Origin: Auanema rhodensis | Lineage: Eukaryota; Animalia; Nematoda | Assembly (NCBI GenBank): GCA_964057225.1 | Contig: OZ059895.1 | Coordinates: forward strand, 6,758,001 to 6,822,000 | Reading direction: 5' to 3' | DNA length: 64,000 nt | Part shown: one piece after another, positions 15,001 through 25,658 of the stretch | Layout: every line of letters begins with the position of its first letter | How positions within the stretch are numbered: the first letter of the stretch is position 1 | The notes under the pieces: generated by a model | Told to the model about the DNA's origin: nothing | The model's input: the letters and a program-made list of their open reading frames with translations, nothing else | Database searches by the model: none | Position numbers and translations under genes: made by a program

Positions 15001-18000
15001 TTCATCTTCATCTTTGGTTTAATTACCCAAGTTTGAGGTACTTTGATAATTCAACAACGGTTACACCTGATGTTGAACTAAGTTTTGGAAAGCTCACTAT
15101 ATGTGAGCAACATTGATATTCCATCTTTCTGAAGATTCTGAAGCTTGTCTATCTCTTGAATGGAAACGTTTATTGTTCAGACAATCTCAGCCTAGAGTTT
15201 TGAATGTTTTTCTGAAGAAGAATACGGTGCACGTGCCATTTGCCTTGAGGTATTCATCTTCATCTTTGGTTTAATTACCCAAGTTTGAGGTATTTTGATA
15301 ATTCAACAACGGTTACACCTGATGTTGAACTAAATTTTGGAAAGCTCACTATATGTGAGCAACATTGATATTTCATCTTTCTGAAGATTCTGAAGCTTGT
15401 CTATCTCTTGATCGGAAATGTTTATTGTTCAGACAATCTCAGTCTAGAGTTTTGAATGTTTTTCTGAAGAAGAATACGGTGCACGTGCCATTTGCCTTGA
15501 GGTATTCATCTTCATCTTTGGTTGAATTACCCAAGTTTGAGGTACTTTGATAATTCAACAACGGTTACACCTGATGTTGAACTAAGTTTTGGAAAGCTCA
15601 CTATATGTGAGCAACATTGATATTCCATCTTTCTGAAGATTCTGAAGCTTGTCTATCTCTTGAATGGAAACGTTTATTGTTCAGACAATCTCAGTCTAGA
15701 GTTTTGAATGTTTTTCTGAAGAAGAATACGGTGCACGTGCCATTTGCCTTGAGGTATTCATCTTCATCTTTGGTTGAATTACCCAAGTTTGAGGTACTTT
15801 GATAATTCAACAACGGTTACACCTGATGTTGAACTAAGTTTTGGAAAGCTCACTATATGTGAGCAACATTGATATTCCATCTTTCTGAAGATTCTGAAGC
15901 TTGTCTATCTCTTGAATGGAAACGTTTATTGTTCAGACAATCTCAGTCTAGAGTTTTGAATGTTTTTCTGAAGAAGAATACGGTGCACGTGCCATTTGCC
16001 TTGAGGTATTCATCTTCATCTTTGGTTTAATTACCCAAGTTTGAGGTACTTTGATAATTCAACAACGGTTACACCTGATGTTGAACTAAGTTTTGGAAAG
16101 CTCACTATATGTGAGCAACATTGATATTCCATCTTTCTGAAGATTCTGAAGCTTGTCTATCTCTTTATCGGAAATGTTTATTGTTCAGACAATCTCAGCC
16201 TAGAGTTTTGAATGTTTTTCTGAAGAAGAATACGGTGCACGTGCCATTTGCCTTGAGGTATTCATCTTCATCTTTGGTTTAATTACCCAAGTTTGAGGTA
16301 CTTTGATAATTCAACAACGGTTACACCTGATGTTGAACTAAGTTTTGGAAAGCTCACTATATGTGAGCAACATTGATATTCCATCTTTCTGAAGATTCTG
16401 AAGCTTGTCTATCTCTTGAATGGAAACGTTTATTGTTCAGACAATCTCAGCCTAGAGTTTTGAATGTTTTTCTGAAGAAGAATACGGTGCACGTGCCATT
16501 TGCCTTGAGGTATTCATCTTCATCTTTGGTTTAATTACCCAAGTTTGAGGTATTTTGATAATTCAACAACGGTTACACCTGATGTTGAACTAAATTTTGG
16601 AAAGCTCACTATATGTGAGCAACATTGATATTTCATCTTTCTGAAGATTCTGAAGCTTGTCTATCTCTTGATCGGAAATGTTTATTGTTCAGACAATCTC
16701 AGTCTAGAGTTTTGAATGTTTTTCTGAAGAAGAATACGGTGCACGTGCCATTTGCCTTGAGGTATTCATCTTCATCTTTGGTTTAATTACCCAAGTTTGA
16801 GGTACTTTGATGATTCAACAAGGGTTACACCTGATGTTGAACTAAATTTTGGAAAGCTCACTATATGTGAGCAACATTGATATTCCATCTTTCTGAAGAT
16901 TCTGAAGCTTGTCTCTCTCTTGATCGGAAATGTTTATTGTTCAGACAATCTCAGTCTAGAGTTTTGAATGTTTTTCTGAAGAAGAATACGGTGCACGTGC
17001 CATTTGCCTTGAGGTATTCATCTTCATCTTTGGTTTAATTACCCAAGTTTGAGGTACTTTGATGATTCAACAAGGGTTACACCTGATGTTGAACTAAATT
17101 TTGGAAAGCTCACTATATGTGAGCAACATTGATATTCCATCTTTCTGAAGATTCTGAAGCTTGTCTATCTCTTGATCGGAAATGTTTATTGTTCAGACAA
17201 TCTCAGCCTAGAGTTTTGAATGTTTTTCTGAAGAAGAATACGGTGCACGTGCCATTTGCCTTGAGGTATTCATCTTCATCTTTGGTTTAATTACCCAAGT
17301 TTGAGGTATTTTGATAATTCAACAAGGGTTACACCTGATGTTGAACTAAATTTTGGAAAGCTCACTATATGTGAGCAACATTGATATTCCATCTTTCTGA
17401 AGATTCTGAAGCTTGTCTATCTCTTGATCGGAAATGTTTATTGTTCAGACAATCTCAGCCTAGAGTTTTGAATGTTTTTCTGAAGAAGAATACGGTGCAC
17501 GTGCCATTTGCCTTGAGGTATTCATCTTCATCTTTGGTTTAATTACCCAAGTTTGAGGTACTTTGATGATTCAACAAGGGTTACACCTGATGTTGAACTA
17601 AATTTTGGAAAGCTCACTATATGTGAGCAACATTGATATTCCATCTTTCTGAAGATTCTGAAGCTTGTCTATCTCTTGATCGGAAATGTTTATTGTTCAG
17701 ACAATCTGAGTCTAGAGTTTTGAATGTTTTTTCTGAAGAAGAATACGGTGCACGTGCCATTTGCCTTGAGGTATTCATCTTCATCTTTGGTTTAATTACC
17801 CAAGTTTGAGGTATTTTGATAATTCAACAAGGGTTACACCTGATGTTGAACTAAATTTTGGAAAGCTCACTATATGTGAGCAACATTGATATTCCATCTT
17901 TCTGAAGATTCTGAAGCTTGTCTCTCTCTTGATCGGAAATGTTTATTGTTCAGACAATCTCAGCCTAGAGTTTTGAATGTTTTTCTGAAGAAGAATACGG

Positions 18001-19287
18001 TGCACGTGCCATTTGCCTTGAGGTATTCATCTTCATCTTTGGTTTAATTACCCAAGTTTGAGGTACTTTGATGATTCAACAAGGGTTACACCTGATGTTG
18101 AACTAAGTTTTGGAAAGCTCACTATATGTGAGCAACATTGATATTCCATCTTTCTGAAGATTCTGAAGCTTGTCTATCTCTTGATCGGAAATGTTTATTG
18201 TTCAGACAATCTCAGTCTAGAGTTTTGAATGTTTTTCTGAAGAAGAATACGGTGCACGTGCCATTTGCCTTGAGGTATTCATCTTCATCTTTGGTTTAAT
18301 TACCCAAGTTTGAGGTACTTTGATGATTCAACAAGGGTTACACCTGATGTTGAACTAAATTTTGGAAAGCTCACTATATGTGAGCAACATTGATATTCCA
18401 TCTTTCTGAAGATTCTGAAGCTTGTCTATCTCTTGATCGGAAATGTTTATTGTTCAGACAATCTCAGCCTAGAGTTTTGAATGTTTTTCTGAAGAAGAAT
18501 ACGGTGCACGTGCCATTTGCCTTGAGGTATTCATCTTCATCTTTGGTTTAATTACCCAAGTTTGAGGTACTTTGATGATTCAACAACGGTTACACCTGAT
18601 GTTGAACTAAATTTTGGAAAGCTCACTATATGTGAGCAACATTGATATTCCATCTTTCTGAAGATTCTGAAGCTTGTCTATCTCTTGATCGGAAATGTTT
18701 ATTGTTCAGACAATCTCAGCCTAGAGTTTTGAATGTTTTTCTGAAGAAGAATACGGTGCACGTGCCATTTGCCTTGAGGTATTCATCTTCATCTTTGGTT
18801 TAATTACCCAAGTTTGAGGTACTTTGATGATTCAACAACGGTTACACCTGATGTTGAACTAAATTTTGGAAAGCTCACTATATGTGAGCAACATTGATAT
18901 TCCATCTTTCTGAAGATTCTGAAGCTTGTCTATCTCTTGATCGGAAATGTTTATTGTTCAGACAATCTCAGCCTAGAGTTTTGAATGTTTTTCTGAAGAA
19001 GAATACGGTGCACGTGCCATTTGCCTTGAGGTATTCATCTTCATCTTTGGTTTAATTACCCAAGTTTGAGGTACTTTGATGATTCAACAAGGGTTACACC
19101 TGATGTTGAACTAAATTTTGGAAAGCTCACTGTATGTGAGCAACATTGATATTCCATCTTTCTGAAGATTCTGAAGCTTGTCTCTCTCTTGATCGGAAAT
19201 GTTTATTGTTCAGACAATCTCAGCCTAGAGTTTTGAATGTTTTTCTGAAGAAGAATACGGTGCACGTGCCATTTGCCTTGAGGTATT
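1..19287 (+). repeat. 252-bp tandem satellite array, left block (about 76 monomers)
   Basis: Monomer TTCCATCTTTCTGAAGATTC...GCAACATTGATA recurs at 1, 253, 505 and so on. Copies differ by only a few SNPs and rare 1-bp indels. Stops occur in the frames I translated. Confidence 0.99.
19282..19287 (+). other. Left target-site duplication GGTATT
   Basis: Satellite reads ...CCTTGA-GGTATT-[element]-GGTATT-CATCTTC. A 6-bp TSD is typical of Polinton integrases. Confidence 0.96.
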
Positions 19288-19932
19288 AGTAGAGAGCCAT
19301 GCCGAATTTACTAACCACGCCCCCAAACAGTTGCTAAAAACATACTTTTGAGGGCGTCAGCTGCTAAAATCATACTTTTGGGGGCGTCAGCTGTCAAAAT
19401 CATATTTTCGGCGTCAGCTGTCAAAAATATACTTTTTCTCCCGATGCAGGCTCTCGAGCCTGCGCATGGATCAAAATGCATGATTTTTTTTTTTTTAAAT
19501 CATTTTTAAAATTATTTTTTAATCTATTTTTATTATTTATATATTTGTTAATTGTATTTGTAAATATTTTTAAACTTATTTCTTTTTAAATGTATTTTTA
19601 ATATTTATATATATTTCAAATTGTATTTGTAAATATTATTATTTAATTGTTTCTTTTTAAATGTATTTTTAATATTTATATATATTTTAAATTGTATTTG
19701 TAACTATAATTATTTAATTGTTTCTTTTTAAATATATTTTTAATAATATTTCTTTTTAAATGTATTTTAATATTTATATATTTTTTAATTGTATCTTTAA
19801 AACTGAATAAATTATTTCTCATATATATTGTTTTTTATTTATTTAAATATTTTTAAAAGCTAATCAATATGTTCACCGTACTTCTTATGGGTTAATCAAT
19901 GGAACTCATATCGAAGGTTAATTCGATAAGAA
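19288..19932 (+). repeat. Left terminal inverted repeat (about 645 bp)
   Basis: Reverse complement of 35769-36343. The outer ~148 bp are identical; the inner AT-rich part has substitutions and is about 70 bp longer on the left. Confidence 0.93.
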
Positions 19933-20836
19933 GTAATAAATATTTAAACTGAATTTAATGAAACACATATCGAAGGTTAATTCGATAAGATTGTTAAAAC
20001 AGGTGCACTACACATGTACCACATGGCAAAAGTTGTGTTCATAAAAATATGATAAATAGCTGTACACCACATGTACCCATAACGCTAAAGAATACTTACT
20101 ATGCCAAGGGGTCATGAGTATATACGAATATTTTCAAACTTTTTAGCATCAAAAATGTTACTTTAAAGTAATTGTTGTTGTAGCCCTAATAGTTTATAAA
20201 TGTTCTGATAGCTAATGTATTTCATAACTATGTTCAAGAATAGAATAAATGTTTCGTAATATATTTATTGAACAATAAATTTTCATTTAAAATTAGAACA
20301 TGTGTTAACATTTTGTAAGAGTTTCTTTTTTACAAAGTGTCTGGAAATGTTGTACTTGTAATCGGATGTGTACAAGTCTGTTTTTCGCAACAATCCTGCG
20401 TTTCCTCAGAAGGATCCAACATTTTGAATTAGTGTTTCCTAAACTATAAAAATAAGAGTGTACCACAGCTGTTATAATAAGAATATGAATACAATATTAA
20501 ACGATCCTATTGTAATATTCCACAATTTTGGCTGACAGTTGTTATTGTATAAGGACTTGTCACAAATGAGTTGAATTATTGTTAAATATTTGGATTTACG
20601 AAATCGAATGCTGTAACAAGTAATTAATAAGCGGATAGTTTACAGGTTGTTAATCCGGCAACTGTTGGCGCAATCGGTGTATTTTAGCGCATTTGGCAGC
20701 TGTTTGCGCAACAAACTGCTAATTAATGTATAAATGCATATATTTGTTGTAATATATAACAAATAGAAAAGCCGCATACAGCAGTCAACTGTTTTGTGAA
20801 AGAGGCGGAGTGGGTAGAGCTTTACAACAAAGTTTG

Positions 20837-20848
20837 TATAAAAGGGGG
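20837..20848 (+). promoter_or_regulatory. TATA box (TATAAAAGGGGG) upstream of the left-arm gene
   Basis: Perfect TATAWAAR consensus about 260 bp upstream of ATG 21100. Confidence 0.5.
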
Positions 20849-20877
20849 CAAAATTTTTTAGACCGAAATTTGCATTT

Positions 20878-21007
20878 CAGCTCCGCCAACAAGTCGACTC
20901 TACGATCCAGCTCTGTCAACAAGTCTACTCTCCGATCCAGCTCCGCCACCAAGTCTTCTCGCCGATCCACCTCTGCCAACAAGCCGACGATCTGATCCAA
21001 CGTCAAC
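20878..21007 (+). repeat. 30-bp minisatellite, about 4.3 copies (CAGCTCCGCCAACAAGTC...GATC)
   Basis: Units start at 20878, 20908, 20938 and 20968, with a partial unit at 20998. Confidence 0.85.
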
Positions 21008-21099
21008 AGACTGCTGCTAGGACTTTCCTCTACTCTACTTGGACCCTAGACGTAAAAGTTCGTTGTTGTTTAGGAAAAGCCTCCAATTGGGCTACAAAC

Positions 21100-21693
21100 A
21101 TGAAGCGTTCCGCTCTTGTTGATGTAGAGAATATTGTACCTTCGACACCGGAACCGGATGTTCCAAGACCACCCACACCAGGACCCAACTTTGCTGCCAC
21201 ATTCTTTGGTAAGGTTTTATTTTTGTTATTAATTATTTTTTGTTTAGACACACCAAAAAAGCAGGTACAAATCTCAAAGGATAGCTCTCCACAACAGCCT
21301 GTAGTTATGAGACCAATATGTCTCTGCAAAACTTGTAGGGATACATTGCAAGTCGTAGACGAGTACCACTGTTTCAGCCTCTGTGTCAAGTGTAGAGCGA
21401 GGAATGATGCCTTAGGGCTTTTAAAAGTTTTCCGTCATTATAAACCTGAAAATTCAACAATCAATGTGAGATTATAAAATTATTAATTCTAATTATTATT
21501 TTTTCTTTTACAGATGCGTTCCTATTCTAGCATGTCATCAAAACAATTGTTGAATAATATGGGTTACATTGCCATTTATACTGATGAGTCAACTGTCAAG
21601 TCTTTTGGTTATAAGCAGAATGTGTTCTACTTTAAATTAAGTCAACAGGCGCTCAACTTGAATATGCTTATCCGTTTTGATCCATCGTTTTGA
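21100..21693 (+). CDS. Spliced accessory gene, Cys/His-rich hypothetical protein (about 168 aa; 3' structure uncertain)
   Basis: ATG 21100; GT-AG introns 21209-21247 and 21466-21513 keep the frame to TGA 21691-21693. Contains CLCKTC...HCFSLCVKC. Further intron-like segments up to ~21885 could extend or alter the 3' end. Confidence 0.55.
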
Positions 21694-21989
21694 CTACAAC
21701 AAGCACAAACTGTTTAATGGACAGTTGGTTGATTTTGTTATGTTATATTTAAATTTTCTTAGCCGTAACATTTTTTTTTCCAGCTTTCGAAGTTTGAAAT
21801 TATCCATCAACAGCCGACTCTCTAACCAACTGGTAAGCATTAAAAATTTAAATATTAATCAGTTTATAATTATAGGTTATATCATTGTCTTGGCTTTTAT
21901 GTTTTGCTGGTTTTTATTGTTACAATATGAACGATTGATCAAATAAATCATTTATTATTAATACAATTGTTTACAACAACAGTGAAAAA

Positions 21990-23057
21990 TTATACATTTA
22001 AATTTTCTGCATCTATCCATTCATTAAAGTTGTCGGGATAGCCACTCCATTTTACAAATACTTGGCGTTTACCATTTCGTGTACGCTCTTTCAAAACTTT
22101 CTCAATATAGTACTGGTTGCTTTTATTAGTAGCCAACACAAGTTCAGGCTCATAGAATATTCCCTTTATACGTTCACCATTATAATCTACAAGTTTATAC
22201 ACGGTTGGGTTCCCGGCTACAATCTCATCAATTGTGAATAGTTCCATTGTATATCCAGACTCGTAACTTTTTTCAAAAGTACGCCTGTTCTTGCTTATGC
22301 GAACATTATCACCAATTTTGAATCGGTTGCGAACAGCTGGTGCATATTCTTCAACGAATATATTTGCTGTAACATCTACGGGGCGCATTTTAATCGACCG
22401 ATTATAAGATTTGTTTATTCCTTCGACCAAGTCATCTAGTATATCAATCCATCGATGATTATTCTTGTAATAGAGATATTTCATCATGCGCGTTTTTAAA
22501 GTTCTATTTGCTCGCTCCACCATTGCCGCCTTTTGTGGTGAACTTGTTGATCCATGCAGTATGGCAAATTTTTTGAATAGTTTTTCACAATGACTATTAT
22601 AAAACTCTGCACCGTTATCCGTTATTAGTTGGATTGGTATAAAATCCTTGAATACATTTTCAAATGCAGTAGCAACCTCTAAACCACCTTTAGTTTTCAA
22701 AGGCCTAACATATAACATGCGTGTATAAACATCAATCATGGTCAACATGTAAGCATAGCCGTCATTTGATTTTTTATATTTTTGCATATCAACCAAATCT
22801 GCTTGCATTGTTAGGAATCGACCACAGCCTCTAGTCTTTTTAGTCTGCATATGCAGTCTCGTTGGTTTATGACGTGTAAAAGTTTCAGAGTCTTGCAAAA
22901 AACTTTCAACTTGTGCTTTTGCGATGCCATGCTTTCGCGCTTCCAATAATAGATTTTTGGCAGACGTATAAGAAGCTGGATGCTTAATATTATAATAAAT
23001 GTTCTCCAAAACATTACTTCCATAATCTAATGTAGAATCGTTTACGGCCTTTGCCAT
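21990..23057 (-). CDS. Retroviral-like DDE integrase with C-terminal chromodomain
   Basis: QADLVDM / TDNGAEF / VERANRTLK triad. C-terminal YYIEKVL...VFVKWSGYPDNFNEWI chromodomain. First ATG at 23057 (the ORF track starts at GTG 23096). No introns. Confidence 0.96.
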   Translation of the reverse strand: MAKAVNDSTLDYGSNVLENIYYNIKHPASYTSAKNLLLEARKHGIAKAQVESFLQDSETFTRHKPTRLHMQTKKTRGCGRFLTMQADLVDMQKYKKSNDGYAYMLTMIDVYTRMLYVRPLKTKGGLEVATAFENVFKDFIPIQLITDNGAEFYNSHCEKLFKKFAILHGSTSSPQKAAMVERANRTLKTRMMKYLYYKNNHRWIDILDDLVEGINKSYNRSIKMRPVDVTANIFVEEYAPAVRNRFKIGDNVRISKNRRTFEKSYESGYTMELFTIDEIVAGNPTVYKLVDYNGERIKGIFYEPELVLATNKSNQYYIEKVLKERTRNGKRQVFVKWSGYPDNFNEWIDAENLNV

Positions 23058-23751
23058 TCTGTGTTTCTCCCGCCTGAGGTGTGTAATATGATTCACCAGT
23101 GTCAGCGGGTTTTGCCTTTTTATTTATAGCTTTGGATTTGAATGTACGACGCGGAGAGGGTGAATATCGAATAACAGCCTTACGATGACGTGGTGTTCTA
23201 GGTAATATATTAATAGTAGCATCCAAGTCTGTGACAGCCGATGTGGATGTAGGCACGGGATCAACTGAATCCTTGTTACTGACGGCAGGCTCTACATTTT
23301 TTGCCTTCTTGTTAGGGCTAGAGACCCCATTACTGGCTAAGAATTTGGCTAATACTGAGAATCCATTGGGTTCCGTCTTTGTTTTATCCAGTACAAAATC
23401 CAAAATTTTTGTAATATTTGTGTTTGGTACGGGCTCATTATTAATCACAAGTTGGTTATTTTTGTTTGTACGCACCTCTGGAAATCTTTCCCACAGATCG
23501 TTATACTTTCGTGGCAGCTTGTATTCTGGCAATAATGGTGGATCAGCATTTTCCACTTGTACTGATATAGGCGCATCTATGCTTTCTCTATAGTTTTTGA
23601 GACGGGTAATCAAGTCTTCGTATAGTTCAGCCTTTTTATAATCGGGTATAGATTTATTCTCTCGTAAGAGCTTCAATTCAGCATCAAACTTGTCTATATT
23701 CAGCGTTTCATCATCAACAGGGATTAGACGATATTTATGATTGAGTTTCAT
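23014..23751 (-). CDS. Polinton hypothetical protein (245 aa) with basic C-terminus; possible virion core protein
   Basis: Intact ORF, ATGA overlap with the upstream gene, C-terminal QNGKG motif followed by RKRFYIRLWK. Confidence 0.8.
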   Translation of the reverse strand: MKLNHKYRLIPVDDETLNIDKFDAELKLLRENKSIPDYKKAELYEDLITRLKNYRESIDAPISVQVENADPPLLPEYKLPRKYNDLWERFPEVRTNKNNQLVINNEPVPNTNITKILDFVLDKTKTEPNGFSVLAKFLASNGVSSPNKKAKNVEPAVSNKDSVDPVPTSTSAVTDLDATINILPRTPRHRKAVIRYSPSPRRTFKSKAINKKAKPADTGESYYTPQAGETQNGKGRKRFYIRLWK

Positions 23752-24056
23752 CTTTTAAAACCAAAATAAGCAATTCCGCATGAAACTATTGTTTTCAATT
23801 GTTTGTGTGAAATCGTTGCCAATAAAGTTTTAGCCTTTTCGGGTGTGCGTATCAAAGCTATTTGACGTAATAATGAGGATATGGGCAAAAGGGTTTTATA
23901 TTCCTTGTTAGTTAAGAGAAAATTATTATTTTTCACAATATTAAATACAATTTCAACAATAATTTCAATTTGTGAAAAAGAAAATGAGGAAACAGAACAA
24001 GGGGTTTTGGCACAAGAAGATAAAAAGTTGTAATTTGACAAAATACGACCACTCAT
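23748..24056 (-). CDS. Small Polinton hypothetical protein (102 aa)
   Basis: Intact ORF packed between the ATPase and the 245-aa gene. EIVFNIVKNN resembles a motif in small conserved Polinton ORFs (recognised by eye only). Confidence 0.7.
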   Translation of the reverse strand: MSGRILSNYNFLSSCAKTPCSVSSFSFSQIEIIVEIVFNIVKNNNFLLTNKEYKTLLPISSLLRQIALIRTPEKAKTLLATISHKQLKTIVSCGIAYFGFKR

Positions 24057-24068
24057 TGAACATGCACA

Positions 24069-24749
24069 TTAAACACTGAATATATTTCTGGCTACATAAA
24101 CAATAGGGTGCTCCGCTGTTATATCTGATAGTATACGCTGTTTCTCATTTGTTAAAGGATGGTTGTCAATCAGTAAATGACTATAGGGTGTAGACATTGC
24201 ATCATCATATGCTTCTAGAGCATTTTTAAAGCGGGGGCCAAATAATTGTTGCAGACAATTACGTATTTGTAATATATCCGAATGACTTTTCATCAGTATT
24301 ATATATGTACTATTAATTCGACTGGTCCTGTCTAGCTGAAATGCAGCTTGCACAAGATTAAACACTGCCAAATTCCAGTGATGTGCCCACACTGTAAAAA
24401 TGTTGTTGAGTAATTCTTTAGCCGCTTTATTCGATGAGAAAAAATTCATCAAATCATCCAGCACTAGTATGGTGTTTACTCCCTTTTGCTCTTTTATTAT
24501 ATCCGGATCAGGTGGTCCTTGAATAACTATTAAACGCTCATCATTTAATGGAACACCTGACGATGTTCCACATTGACTGAACCAGAATATTCTATCAATG
24601 GGGACGTTGAAAAACTTTTCAGTATTTTCACATATACGTTTTATAAGGGTAGTTTTACCACATTGCGTTGCCCCTATTACAGTTGTCTGACTGGGTAGTT
24701 TGAAGCTGAAAACCATAATCAACCACTCGTAAATGTACCTATAATGCAA
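24069..24749 (-). CDS. A32/FtsK-like genome-packaging ATPase
   Basis: Walker A GATQCGKT, Walker B ILVLDD, downstream HHWNL...Q and R motifs. The true start may be ATG 24716. Confidence 0.93.
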   Translation of the reverse strand: MHYRYIYEWLIMVFSFKLPSQTTVIGATQCGKTTLIKRICENTEKFFNVPIDRIFWFSQCGTSSGVPLNDERLIVIQGPPDPDIIKEQKGVNTILVLDDLMNFFSSNKAAKELLNNIFTVWAHHWNLAVFNLVQAAFQLDRTSRINSTYIILMKSHSDILQIRNCLQQLFGPRFKNALEAYDDAMSTPYSHLLIDNHPLTNEKQRILSDITAEHPIVYVARNIFSV

Positions 24750-24795
24750 ATGATTTCATTTATACTAGTGTGCACGCATCAGGTGGTGGTCTCTG

Positions 24796-25653
24796 ATGGA
24801 TGACTTTTACATTACTTTGCCGTCATCAGTTGACTCTGAAAAAAGTAATACCTCATCAGTGTTTCTTACCAGGTTACCTGAAACATTAAGGCTACGCAAT
24901 AACAGATATTGCATTGGGCTGACAGACATAATTTTTCCGTGTTCGATATTAAATGTACAAGAAAATCTTTCTTATACACTACGTTTTTCCAACAGAAAGT
25001 TTATTCTGCACTTGCCCAAAGGTAACTATGCAAATGGTGATGAAATAATACGCGGAATCAATGCTGGAAAAGAACAATTTATTGCTAGCAGCACTAAACC
25101 TCTTGGAGCTGAGGAAGAAGCACGTATAAAGGGTTTGATAGATAAAGATGAAGATGTGAAAAAGTGGTATAATAATCGACAAGCTGAGGCTAAACTTGTC
25201 AAGGAAATGCTGGCAGACGCCACGTTTCGATTTAACAAAACACTACAACGCATAGAGTTTGTAACAAGTAAGCGGCTATTATTGAATGCAACACTCGGTG
25301 ATGCTCTCGCATATTTTCTTGGCTTTGAGAATAAAATTATCAACGACACGTTAATAGCCAGGCGCCCCATTGATTTTTCAAATAACATTAATACAATGTA
25401 TATATATTGTGATATTGTAGAATATTCCATTCTCGGTAATGTGAAAGCTAATTTACTTGCATGTTTACCTGTACCACCTCCCACTGAATTTGGTAAAATG
25501 ATTGCCAAAACATTTAATCCTATTCGTTATGTACCAATCACTAAGCAAACACTCGATACTATACGTATTGAAATTTTAGATGAATTTGGCCGCCCTATGC
25601 AATTTAATTATGGTTCTACAGTTGTTACATTACATGTTAAAAATGTGAAATAA
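24796..25653 (+). CDS. Minor capsid (penton-like) protein
   Basis: FYITLPS N-terminus, YIYCDIVEYSILG and IRIEILDEFGRPMQF motifs typical of Polinton minor capsid proteins; divergent from the ATPase. Confidence 0.88.
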   Translation: MDDFYITLPSSVDSEKSNTSSVFLTRLPETLRLRNNRYCIGLTDIIFPCSILNVQENLSYTLRFSNRKFILHLPKGNYANGDEIIRGINAGKEQFIASSTKPLGAEEEARIKGLIDKDEDVKKWYNNRQAEAKLVKEMLADATFRFNKTLQRIEFVTSKRLLLNATLGDALAYFLGFENKIINDTLIARRPIDFSNNINTMYIYCDIVEYSILGNVKANLLACLPVPPPTEFGKMIAKTFNPIRYVPITKQTLDTIRIEILDEFGRPMQFNYGSTVVTLHVKNVK

Positions 25654-25658
25654 ATGTT

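Noticed and set aside
626-15802. Short ORFs in the satellite (626-841, 13349, 13601, 15365, 15617; also 37468)
   Set aside because: They arise from single stop-removing SNPs in non-coding monomers and start at TTG. Although 252 is divisible by 3, none of the frames I translated stays open through the monomer.
1-19287. CRISPR array
   Set aside because: No unique spacers; the whole unit repeats, and the context is eukaryotic.
19933-21989. Herpesvirus gB-like fusogen or protease/kinase cargo of the kind reported for some nematode Mavericks
   Set aside because: No ORF or exon chain of sufficient size, and no recognisable motifs in the unassigned space.
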